Source: Chloroflexota bacterium (GTDB taxonomy: Bacteria > Chloroflexota > UBA11872 > VXNJ01). Taken from it: DNA of 64,000 bases. Each line of letters starts with the position of its first letter. Position 1 is the first letter of the stretch. A program made the translations under genes and the position numbers. Of this stretch, positions 9,362 through 17,787 are shown in pieces. The stretch spans positions 92,524 through 156,523 of the forward strand of contig OZ242304.1 of assembly GCA_965207915.1 (NCBI GenBank). Reading direction: 5' to 3'. The notes under the pieces were generated by a model. It was not told where the DNA came from and ran no database searches. It saw only the letters and a list, made by a program, of their open reading frames with translations.

Positions 9362-10084
9362 GTGGGACTTGAAGACGCGGAGCCGGCAAGCGTGAGGACT
9401 GTCAAGGAATTCGATTCGCCCTGCGTGCACCCCAATGGACTGCAGTGGGCGGGCGACGAACTCTTGGTGATGGATCAAAAGACCGACGATGTATTCGTCA
9501 TGGGTGCCGCCGGGGACGTTAAGCGCCGCATCCCGACCCCGACCGAGAACGGTTCCGGGATCGCCTCCGGCGGCGGATTCATTTGGACCGCATCGAACGG
9601 CAAGACCGCGGTTCGACCGCCCCGGCCCAGCGACACCGGCCTGGGCTGGGTGCTCAAATTGGATCCCGAATCCGGGGAATTGGTCGATCGTTTCCGGACG
9701 CCGGACGGCGGTGGCGTGCACGGCTTGGAATGGGATGACGGGAATATCTGGGTCACCGGATTCAAGCCTTTGGCGCTGCACCTTGTTGACGGGGACAGCT
9801 ACCAAGTCCTGGCCACTTTCCCGGTCGAACTTCCGAGACTGCACGGGCTGGCCCGCGAGGGCGAGGGGATCTGGTGCGCGCACACCGGCGACCGCCTGAT
9901 CGTCAAGTACGCCGTCGAGGACGGCAGCGAGCTTGACCGGATCACCTTCGGCGCCGAGGACGCGTTTCCGCACGGTCTGTCGATCCGCGGCGGTGAACTC
10001 TGGTACTGCGATGCCGACTACCGGGTGGCCGGTTTCGAAGGCACCTGGCGCGGCTGGCCGGAGATCGGCCGGGTCGTAGCCTGA
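9362..10084 (+). CDS. hypothetical protein, repeated beta-propeller-like blades
   Basis: A blade-like motif recurs four times (HPNGLQWAGDELLVMD, HGLEWDDGNIWVT, HGLAREGEGIWCA, HGLSIRGGELWYCD). No confident family assignment. An alternative GTG start at 9392 has GGAG upstream. Confidence 0.5.
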   Translation: MGLEDAEPASVRTVKEFDSPCVHPNGLQWAGDELLVMDQKTDDVFVMGAAGDVKRRIPTPTENGSGIASGGGFIWTASNGKTAVRPPRPSDTGLGWVLKLDPESGELVDRFRTPDGGGVHGLEWDDGNIWVTGFKPLALHLVDGDSYQVLATFPVELPRLHGLAREGEGIWCAHTGDRLIVKYAVEDGSELDRITFGAEDAFPHGLSIRGGELWYCDADYRVAGFEGTWRGWPEIGRVVA

Positions 10085-10176
10085 TTGCTGGCTTGGGGGT
10101 GGGCACCGCGGCGGCGCGTTGATCGCGGGCAGGGTCCGGCCGGCCGACGGCGAGAACTGTCACGCCGGCCGATAGC

Positions 10177-11295
10177 GTGACGACCCAGGTCAACCCGAGC
10201 GGGGTATTCACCGTCGCCCGGCGCTCCGGGCGCTGGTGGCTGATCGAACCCGGCGGCGGACCTTTCTTCTCGCTGGGGCTGAACCACATCGACCCGGCCA
10301 GCCTGCGCTACCCTGAGAACCTCCGCGTCTGGCAAGAACGCTACGGTGGCGACACGATCCGCTGGATCCGCGAATCGGTGGCCCCCAACCTGCGCCGCTG
10401 GGGATTCAACACGGTCGGCTGGGTGCAGGAAGTGACCGTCAGGCATTGGCGGCATTCACGCTCGTTCACCGCCGAGGAGTACCGCGCCCTGAGGATGCCG
10501 TACTGTCATCTGCTGCCGTTTACCGAATCCCACCAGTGGGAACAACACACCAGGCACTTCGATTACCGGAGCCCGGACTGGGCCGATTGGGTCGACTACG
10601 TCGCCAGATCGCACTGCGCCGAGCTGGCCGGCGACCCAAACCTGATCGGCTACTTCTACAGCGACTGCCCGACCTGGGCGCACGACCTGCCGCAGAACCG
10701 GTGGCGGGGTCCGATCTTCGATCCTGATCTCCTTACCAACGCCAGCGGCAGGCGCGAGTTGACCGAATTGGCGCGGAGCTATTACAAAACGACCCTCGAT
10801 GCGATCCGGCGCTACGATCCGGGCCACCTGGTCCTCGGCGACCGCTACGAGGCCAACGCCCGCCTCCCCGGCGAGGTTGTTGACGCCGCCCTGCCGTACG
10901 TGGACGTGCTCTCATTCCAGGACTTTCAGCGGCCGGCCGAGCACCTTGACCGCTGGCACCGCCGCACCGGGAAACCGGTGCTCCTAGCCGATGCGGCCGG
11001 CCAAGGGGAGGTCGACGGCGACGGTTTCGTCGCCAACGACGGGAACTGGTACGCCGAGGTTCTGGGGGCCCTGCTGGAGAACCCGGGCTGCGTGGGATTC
11101 CACCTCTGCGGCGCCTACCAGCGTAACCGAGCGCGCCGGCGGGGGCTGCTCGACGAACTGGAGCGGGAGGACCGCGAAAACCTGGCCAGGATCACCGCCG
11201 CCAACCGGCAGGCCGCCCGGTGGGCCAACGAACGGGGCGGGTACTCGCCACTGCCACCCACCTCCAGGGAGACAGTTACGCCGGAGGACGCGTAA
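10177..11295 (+). CDS. hypothetical protein, possibly a TIM-barrel glycoside hydrolase-like enzyme
   Basis: 372-aa ORF with coding-like composition. GLNHI..WGFNTVGW and FYSDCPTWAHD segments are reminiscent of clan GH-A enzymes. The function is not established. Confidence 0.45.
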   Translation: MTTQVNPSGVFTVARRSGRWWLIEPGGGPFFSLGLNHIDPASLRYPENLRVWQERYGGDTIRWIRESVAPNLRRWGFNTVGWVQEVTVRHWRHSRSFTAEEYRALRMPYCHLLPFTESHQWEQHTRHFDYRSPDWADWVDYVARSHCAELAGDPNLIGYFYSDCPTWAHDLPQNRWRGPIFDPDLLTNASGRRELTELARSYYKTTLDAIRRYDPGHLVLGDRYEANARLPGEVVDAALPYVDVLSFQDFQRPAEHLDRWHRRTGKPVLLADAAGQGEVDGDGFVANDGNWYAEVLGALLENPGCVGFHLCGAYQRNRARRRGLLDELEREDRENLARITAANRQAARWANERGGYSPLPPTSRETVTPEDA

Positions 11296-11324
11296 CCGGG
11301 CCAATAGTCCGGCCGGATTGCGCT

Positions 11325-12128
11325 TCATCGCGTTTTTGGCTTGCGGGCCTTGATCGAAAACATCTGGGGAATGGAATCGTTGTTTTCGGGAAACCGCCAC
11401 CAACCGTCGGCGTCGCGGACCATGTGCGGGAGAGCCCGGTAGTAGCAGAAAGGAAACTCGGTCAGGGATTCGATCACAAGACCCGTATCGCACAGCGCGC
11501 TTACCACGTCTCCGAGGCTGTGCTGCCACTCAAAGCAGGGCGATTCGATTCGCCCGCCGCCGGCATAAGTGGGCTGGTTGCCGGGAACCGCCAGTTCGTG
11601 ATGGAAATAGGAATTGGCGACCTCATGACCCTGCGGGGCGGGTTCGTAGGTGCTGAGCAGCGGATGGAAATCGACGAGCAGGAACGACCCGCCGGGCACA
11701 AGGTGACGGTGGACGACCTGAGCCCAGCGGGCAAGATCGGGGAGCCAGGCCAACACCCCGTAAGACGTGAAGACCCAATCGAACTGTTGCTTCAGGACCG
11801 CCGGCAGGGCGTAGACGTCGGAGCAGATGAACTTGGCGTTGGTGCCGGCTTCGGCATTGAGTTGACGGGCCAGGGCGATCGCCCGGTCGGAGAAATCCAC
11901 GCCGGTGGCGCGGACCCCCAGCCGCGCCCAGGAAATCGTGTCCAGGCCGAAGTGGCACTGCAGGTGCAAAAGGCTGCGCCCGGCGGCATCCCCCACCGCC
12001 TCAAGTTCGATCGGGCGCAGCGACTGGCGGCCGGCTCGAAAACCGTCCAGATCGTAGGAACGCGAACCGGCGTGAACCGGGGTGCGCTGGTTCCAGTTGC
12101 GGCGGTTGAGCGACAGGCGCTGGTCCAA
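11325..12128 (-). CDS. class I SAM-dependent methyltransferase
   Basis: LLHLQCHFGLDTISWARLGVRATGVDFSDRAI matches the motif I/post-I region of a SAM-binding Rossmann fold. TTG start. Confidence 0.8.
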   Translation of the reverse strand: MDQRLSLNRRNWNQRTPVHAGSRSYDLDGFRAGRQSLRPIELEAVGDAAGRSLLHLQCHFGLDTISWARLGVRATGVDFSDRAIALARQLNAEAGTNAKFICSDVYALPAVLKQQFDWVFTSYGVLAWLPDLARWAQVVHRHLVPGGSFLLVDFHPLLSTYEPAPQGHEVANSYFHHELAVPGNQPTYAGGGRIESPCFEWQHSLGDVVSALCDTGLVIESLTEFPFCYYRALPHMVRDADGWWRFPENNDSIPQMFSIKARKPKTR

Positions 12129-12165
12129 GTCAGTCTGCTTTCTATCGGAAATGGGCCGGCCCCGA

Positions 12166-13155
12166 TCAGGCCACCCGGTTCTGGGCGCGGCCCTGCAGAA
12201 AAGCGATCACATTCTCGACCGCGCCTTCATTCAGGAGGTCGGCCCCCTCCGGGGTCATGTCGGCCACGTGCGGACTGAACACCACGTTTTGACAGGCCAG
12301 CAGCGGATTGTCCGGCAGGGGCGGCTCGGGTTCAAACACATCCAGTCCGGCCCCGGCCAGATGACCAGAGCGGAGGACATCGACCAGCGCCTCCTCGTCG
12401 ACAAGCCCGCCCCGGCTGACGTTCACGAAAAGCGCACCGGGCTTCATCAACCCGAATTCGCGCGGACCGATCAGTCCCTGCGACTGCGGACTGAGCCGCA
12501 GGTGCAGGCTGACCACGTCGGCTTCAGCAAGCAACTGGTCGAATTCGACGTAACGCACGCCGAGGCGCTTGGCCCGCTCCGGGTCGGGATTGAAAGTCCA
12601 GGCGATGCAACGCATGCCCAGCGCCTTGCAGACGCGGGCGAACTCCGCCCCGATGTTGCCGGTTCCGACAATGCCGACGGTCTTGCCGCGCAGCGACACG
12701 GAGTGCCCGGAAGGCCATTCGCCGGAGCGAATCGCGGCGGTTTGCTCGGCAAGGCGGCGGGCGGCCGCGTACATCAGGGCCACGGCGTGTTCGGCGACAA
12801 CCGGGGCAGTCCGCCCGGGAAGGTTGCATACGGCGACGCCGCAGTCGCGGGCGGCCGCCAGGTCGATCATGTCGACACCGATTGAGCAAGTTGCGATGAG
12901 CCGCAGTTCGGGCAACCGGCGCAGCGCTGCGGCCGGCCAGGCGACCGAACTTCGGGTGTTTATGATCACCTCCGCCCCGCGCGAGCGCGCAACCAGATCG
13001 GCGACGTCGGCCGGCAGGTCGCGGTAGATCTTCACGTCCCCGTAGCCGTCCAGAAGCTCCAGGTGCGGCGAACCCTGGATTTGCGGCGGGAAGTCGCCGG
13101 GCACGACTATCCGGACCGGTGTCGGCGGCTTGTCGGTTGCTGATGCTGGCGCCAT
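12166..13155 (-). CDS. D-isomer-specific 2-hydroxyacid dehydrogenase (NAD-binding)
   Basis: GKTVGIVGTGNIGAEFA NAD motif; LFVNVSRGGLVDEEAL; VVFSPHVA catalytic His region. Start taken at MAPASA (13155). Confidence 0.85.
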   Translation of the reverse strand: MAPASATDKPPTPVRIVVPGDFPPQIQGSPHLELLDGYGDVKIYRDLPADVADLVARSRGAEVIINTRSSVAWPAAALRRLPELRLIATCSIGVDMIDLAAARDCGVAVCNLPGRTAPVVAEHAVALMYAAARRLAEQTAAIRSGEWPSGHSVSLRGKTVGIVGTGNIGAEFARVCKALGMRCIAWTFNPDPERAKRLGVRYVEFDQLLAEADVVSLHLRLSPQSQGLIGPREFGLMKPGALFVNVSRGGLVDEEALVDVLRSGHLAGAGLDVFEPEPPLPDNPLLACQNVVFSPHVADMTPEGADLLNEGAVENVIAFLQGRAQNRVA

Positions 13156-13339
13156 CGCGGAGTGTTCTTGGGTTTCCTGCTCGGTGCAGATTATTGCCGC
13201 TATCGCCTGGGTCCGGCGGCCCGCCGGTGAGCGCCGTGGCGGCGCGGCCGCAGATGAATCCGGCAAATCGTTGGTTTCGTAGCTTGAATTAGCGACACCG
13301 GTCCGACCACCGGTCCGGAAACCACAGGGAAGTTGCAGA

Positions 13340-14032
13340 ATGCAGACCCACATCGAATTCGATCCGGCCTACGCGCTGCTTACGGTCAATCTTGATCCGG
13401 GCGAAAGCATCAAGGCCGAGCCGGGCGCGATGGTCGCCCAGCGCGGAGTGTCAATGCAGACCGGGTCGGCCGGGGGCGGCCTGGTGAGCGGATTCAAACG
13501 GATGCTGGGCGGCGAGTCGTTCTTTATCAATACGTTCACCGCCGAATCCGGAGGTGGCCAGGTGAGCCTGGCGCCGGCGACGCCGGGCGACATCGGGACC
13601 TTCGATCTGGAACCCGGCCAGAACCTGTTCATTCAGGCCAGTTCATTCATGGCTTGCAGCGCCAACGTCCAGACCGACTCGCAATTCCAGGGCTTTCGCG
13701 GGTTTTTCAGCGGCGAAAGCGTCTTCTTTCTGCGCGCGTTCTCGGAAGGCGACGCGGGGACGGTCTACTACAACTCCTACGGGGCCATCAAGAAACTGGC
13801 CGTCGAACCGGGCAGCGAGCTGGTGGTCGACACCGGCCACCTGGTCGCATTTAGCGACGACGTCGACTACACGATCGGCAAAGTCGGCGGCCTGCGGTCC
13901 CTGCTGGTCGGCGGCGAGGGACTGGTGATGCGGTTCACTGGCGAGGGCCAAGTGTGGGTCCAGACCCGCAACCTCTCATCGCTGGCGGCGCGGCTGGTCC
14001 CCTTCCTGCCCACCAGCAAACGCGGGCAGTAA
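13340..14032 (+). CDS. AIM24 family protein (TIGR00266-like)
   Basis: Matches in AEPGAMVAQ, LGGESFFINTFTA, GFFSGESVFFLR, LLVGGEGLVMRFTGEGQVWVQTRN. ATG preceded by AGGGAAG. Confidence 0.8.
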   Translation: MQTHIEFDPAYALLTVNLDPGESIKAEPGAMVAQRGVSMQTGSAGGGLVSGFKRMLGGESFFINTFTAESGGGQVSLAPATPGDIGTFDLEPGQNLFIQASSFMACSANVQTDSQFQGFRGFFSGESVFFLRAFSEGDAGTVYYNSYGAIKKLAVEPGSELVVDTGHLVAFSDDVDYTIGKVGGLRSLLVGGEGLVMRFTGEGQVWVQTRNLSSLAARLVPFLPTSKRGQ

Positions 14033-14060
14033 CGCGGCTGAGAATCGGGTCCGCACCGGG

Positions 14061-14078
14061 CCGGCGCGGCTGCGCCGG
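14061..14078. terminator. GC-rich hairpin between convergent genes (possible bidirectional terminator)
   Basis: CCGGCGC-GGCT-GCGCCGG: a 7-bp perfect stem with a 4-nt loop. It lies between the AIM24 stop (14032) and the methyltransferase stop (14117). There is no U-tract. Confidence 0.3.
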
Positions 14079-14116
14079 GCGCTGGGATCGGCCCGGCCTA
14101 AAAGGGCACCGCCAAT

Positions 14117-14716
14117 TCAATTGCCGGAAGCGGCCAACACAAGGTACTGGTGTTCGCTGAGGCTGTGGTACTCGAGGCCGGCAAACCCGGCCTCGGACGC
14201 CAAGGTCATCAACCGGTCGTGTCCGATGCGCCGCTCCCGCGGCGGGCCGAAATCGGACTCGCGCTCAACCCACTCCAGCATTGCGCATCGTCCGGAGGCC
14301 TTGAGCAGCCGCCGCGCAGCGACCAGGAACCGGACGTGGTCATCGGTGTGGTGGACCACGCAGGAAAGGAATACAAGGTCCAGCGTCATGTCCTCCAGAC
14401 CGAATTCGTATTCCCCGCAGCGGCGGACGAGGACGTTTTTCAGGCCGGATTTGGAAACGGTCTGGCGGCAAAGCTCCAGCATGTCCGCGTCAACGTCCAG
14501 CGCGTAGACGAGGCCGCGGTCGGCGACGCTGGCCAGACGGACCGTGTAATACCCTGGACCGCATCCGATATCGGCGATTCGGGCGTCGGACGCAATCCCC
14601 AGGTGCGAAAGCACCGTCGCCGAGTCCGCCCACTGCTCGCGGTCCGGCGACAGCAACCGCTCGGCCATCGTCGGTTCGCGCCCGGCATCGACCTTCTCGA
14701 TTCGGCAGTCATCCAT
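14117..14716 (-). CDS. class I SAM-dependent methyltransferase
   Basis: IADIGCGPGYYTVRLA (motif I) and VYALDVD (motif II). Start at MDDCR (14716) with GAGGAG 5 nt upstream. Confidence 0.8.
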   Translation of the reverse strand: MDDCRIEKVDAGREPTMAERLLSPDREQWADSATVLSHLGIASDARIADIGCGPGYYTVRLASVADRGLVYALDVDADMLELCRQTVSKSGLKNVLVRRCGEYEFGLEDMTLDLVFLSCVVHHTDDHVRFLVAARRLLKASGRCAMLEWVERESDFGPPRERRIGHDRLMTLASEAGFAGLEYHSLSEHQYLVLAASGN

Positions 14717-14993
14717 TTGCGACTCCTCGACCGTCCTCGCGCCGGCCGTGCATCTTGAGGACCGACCTCCCGGAGATTGTGCCTGACGCCGGCCCGGACC
14801 GGTTCTCGGTTGCCGGGTCACCCGGCGCAGGCCCCGCCGGATCCGCCGCCGCGCAGCGAAGATTATTTACCGGCATGCGCCGCGGGCATCCCTTGCAGAG
14901 CGTTGCCGAGTCCGCACGAGATGGCGATGCCAAACCCGAGAGCGATGCTGTCGGGGGTGATTTCGATCCGCAGCATTGAAGGAAGTCCCCTGC

Positions 14994-16367
14994 ATGAGCA
15001 ATGCCCAGCACATTGCGCAATTTGAACCCAATTGGGAGTCCATCCGCACGCACCGGGTACCGAATTGGTACCACGACGCGAAGCTCGGGATCTTCGTCCA
15101 CTGGGGACTTTTCTCGGTTCCGGCCTGGGCGACGCCGGTAGGCGAATTCGGAACCGTCGGCTGGGACCGATGGTTTGCCAACAATCCCTACTCGGAGTGG
15201 TATCTGAACACGCTCCGGATCGAGGATTCGCCGACACACGCGCACCACCGCGCGAACTACGGCAGCGGATTCGACTACATGGACTTTGCCGAGGAGTTCA
15301 ATTTGCGGACCCGGGACTGGGATCCGCTTTCGATCGCGAAGATGTTCAAATCTTCCGGCGCCGGCTACGTGGTTTTGACCAGCAAACACCACGACGGATT
15401 CACCCTCTGGCCCAGTCGGGTGGAGAACCCGCATCTCCCGCCCGAGCGCCGCTGCAGCGAACGCGACCTGGTCGGGGATCTCACCGACGCGGTCCGCGGC
15501 CTGGGTCTGCGCATGGGGCTCTATTACTCGGGCGGACTCGACTGGAGCTTCAACCCGACACCCATCACATCCCAGGAGCTGGTGGGCGGGACGATCAATC
15601 ACACCCCCGAATTCGCCGCCTACGCCGACGCGCACTGGCGCGAGCTGCGGGAGCGTTACGATCCGATCATCCTCTGGAACGACATCGGGTACCCGGTGCA
15701 GGCCGACCTGGCCGCGATCGTGGCCGACTTTTACAACGACCACCCCGACGGCCTTATCAACGACCGCTTCGAAACCCGCAAGCCCGGCTCGAGTAGGCGC
15801 CATCACGACTTCACGACCCCCGAATACTCCCAGCTGGACGAAATCGCTCCCTACAAGTGGGAGTCCTGTCGCGGCCTGGGCTATTCATTCGGCTACAACC
15901 GGACCGAGACCGACGAACACACCGTATCCGAGACCGACCTGATCCACCTGCTCTGCGACATAGTCAGCAAGAACGGCAACCTGCTGCTCAACGTCGGTCC
16001 ACGAGCCGACGGCAGCATCCCGCAGATCCAGGCGGATCGCTTGCGCGGCCTGGGCGCCTGGCTGGAGCGAAACGGCGAGGCGATTTTCGGCACCCGGCCC
16101 TGGGTGCGCGCGACCGGCGAAACCGAAGACGGTTTGTCCGTTCGGTTCACCGCCAAGGGGGATGCCGTAAACGCGATCGTGCTCGGGCGGCCCGGCCCGG
16201 ACGGGATCATCCTGCAGCTGGACCTGCCCGGACGGCTGCGGCACGCGACCCTGCTCGGGTCGAGCGCCGCGGTGCCGGCCAGCTACGAAAACGGACGCCT
16301 CCAGATCCGGCCACCGGTTCCGCTGCCCGATGCGCCGGCCCATGCGCTGCGATTTCTAATCAGATAG
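14994..16367 (+). CDS. alpha-L-fucosidase (GH29)
   Basis: WYHDAKLGIFVHWGLFSVPAW and YVVLTSKHHDGFTLWPS are GH29 hallmarks. ATG at 14994 preceded by GAAGGAAG. Confidence 0.85.
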   Translation: MSNAQHIAQFEPNWESIRTHRVPNWYHDAKLGIFVHWGLFSVPAWATPVGEFGTVGWDRWFANNPYSEWYLNTLRIEDSPTHAHHRANYGSGFDYMDFAEEFNLRTRDWDPLSIAKMFKSSGAGYVVLTSKHHDGFTLWPSRVENPHLPPERRCSERDLVGDLTDAVRGLGLRMGLYYSGGLDWSFNPTPITSQELVGGTINHTPEFAAYADAHWRELRERYDPIILWNDIGYPVQADLAAIVADFYNDHPDGLINDRFETRKPGSSRRHHDFTTPEYSQLDEIAPYKWESCRGLGYSFGYNRTETDEHTVSETDLIHLLCDIVSKNGNLLLNVGPRADGSIPQIQADRLRGLGAWLERNGEAIFGTRPWVRATGETEDGLSVRFTAKGDAVNAIVLGRPGPDGIILQLDLPGRLRHATLLGSSAAVPASYENGRLQIRPPVPLPDAPAHALRFLIR

Positions 16368-16437
16368 CCCCCGGGATTTACCGCCGACGCCGGCTCCGCG
16401 CGGGCGGGCTCGGGTCGCCATCGGCCCGCGCCGCTAC

Positions 16438-17607
16438 CTAATCGATCCGCCAGTGCCCGGTTCGGTGGGCGCCTATCCAGTTCCAGTCGATTTGGACCCC
16501 GATCCCCGGTGCCTGCGGGGCGTACACGTTTCCGTCCGAATCGATCCCGTCCAGATCGTCGTTGTAGTCCAGGTACACCGGGGCCCTCGTGGTCGGGACG
16601 CGGGGGTGCACCAGGCCCAATTCGTAGAAATTGGTGTTGCGAATCGCCGACATCAGGTGGCGGTGGACCGGTCCCGGACCGTGGAATTCGACGTCCAGGC
16701 CGAATCCCTCGGCCGCGTGAGCGATCTTGAGCGCGCCGGTAATGCCGCCGTCCTCGTGTGCCCCGGCCCGCACGTAGTCGGTCCCCTCGGCCAGGATGAA
16801 GTCGACGTGCTGTTCCAGCAGGCGCACGTGTTCGGTCTGCAGGATCGGAGTGCTGAGCAGCTGCCGCAGCTTGCGGTGCGCGAACGCCGAAACGCCGCCA
16901 TCCTTGAATGGGTCCTCGTACCAGAAGAATTCGGCTTCGTCGCAGGCCCTCCCGACCGCGAGCGCCTGCCCGAATGTGTCGATCTCGCAGGCCGGGTCCA
17001 GCATCAGCTCCAAGTCCGGTCCGACAGCGGCGCGCACGGCCAGAATGTTGTCGATCTCGCGCTTGATGCGCCTTGCGGCCAGGCCCCAGCCGTGGATCTT
17101 GAATGCCGGATAACCCATCTCGCGGCACTGAACGGCGAACTCGGCGAACTGCTGCGGATCAGATAGCCCGCCGTTCTCGTCACCGTGCAGGGTGGAGGCG
17201 TATGCCGGCAGCGGGCGCCGGCTCCCGCCGAGCAGCCGGTACAACGGTTCGCCGTAGAGTTTTCCGGCGATGTCCCACAGGCAGATGTCGATCAGCCCAA
17301 CCGCCAGTTTGTCGAAGTGCCGCAGTCCGCGCTTGAGATCGTTGTAAATCTGCTCGCGTGCGGTAGCGTCCTTGCCGATCAGGTAATCGGCGCACATTCG
17401 GACCTGTGATTCGGCCGGCCCGGCTCCAATCGGGAATTCGCCGGTGACACCCTGGTCGGTGTGGATTTGCAGGATGCTGCCGTGCTGCCCCAGCTTGCCG
17501 CCGGGTTCGAAGACTAGGTTGAAGCCGTTGTGGTCGCGGCCGACCTGATCCAGGTTGAATTCAAATGAAGTGATCTCCACGGCGATGATCTTGGCGCCCT
17601 GACTCAT
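16438..17607 (-). CDS. enolase-superfamily enzyme (mandelate racemase/muconate lactonizing family)
   Basis: The N-terminal capping domain is followed by a barrel with candidate acidic metal ligands in LMLDPACE, FWYEDP and LQTEH. The substrate is not inferable. Confidence 0.8.
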   Translation of the reverse strand: MSQGAKIIAVEITSFEFNLDQVGRDHNGFNLVFEPGGKLGQHGSILQIHTDQGVTGEFPIGAGPAESQVRMCADYLIGKDATAREQIYNDLKRGLRHFDKLAVGLIDICLWDIAGKLYGEPLYRLLGGSRRPLPAYASTLHGDENGGLSDPQQFAEFAVQCREMGYPAFKIHGWGLAARRIKREIDNILAVRAAVGPDLELMLDPACEIDTFGQALAVGRACDEAEFFWYEDPFKDGGVSAFAHRKLRQLLSTPILQTEHVRLLEQHVDFILAEGTDYVRAGAHEDGGITGALKIAHAAEGFGLDVEFHGPGPVHRHLMSAIRNTNFYELGLVHPRVPTTRAPVYLDYNDDLDGIDSDGNVYAPQAPGIGVQIDWNWIGAHRTGHWRID

Positions 17608-17787
17608 TCATGACTCCGCGTCCGGACTGGTTACGGGCGAATTCTTCCACGGCCCAGACATCTGGGCGGCGAGGGGGCCGCCAGCGATCCCCGCTCTGCC
17701 AGCAAATAATTGACTCGGACCAGCGCCGAGCGTGCTTGGTTAGGCAGCCGCCCGGGACCTGCGGCGGGCAATCGAATCGACGAAGAC

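Noticed and set aside
16438-17607. Calling the enolase-superfamily gene next to the GH29 fucosidase an L-fuconate dehydratase, which would imply a fucose catabolic pair.
   Set aside because: The genes are convergent. The protein does not resemble the FucD N-terminal region that I recall, beyond superfamily level. No dehydrogenase, lactonase or KDF genes are adjacent.
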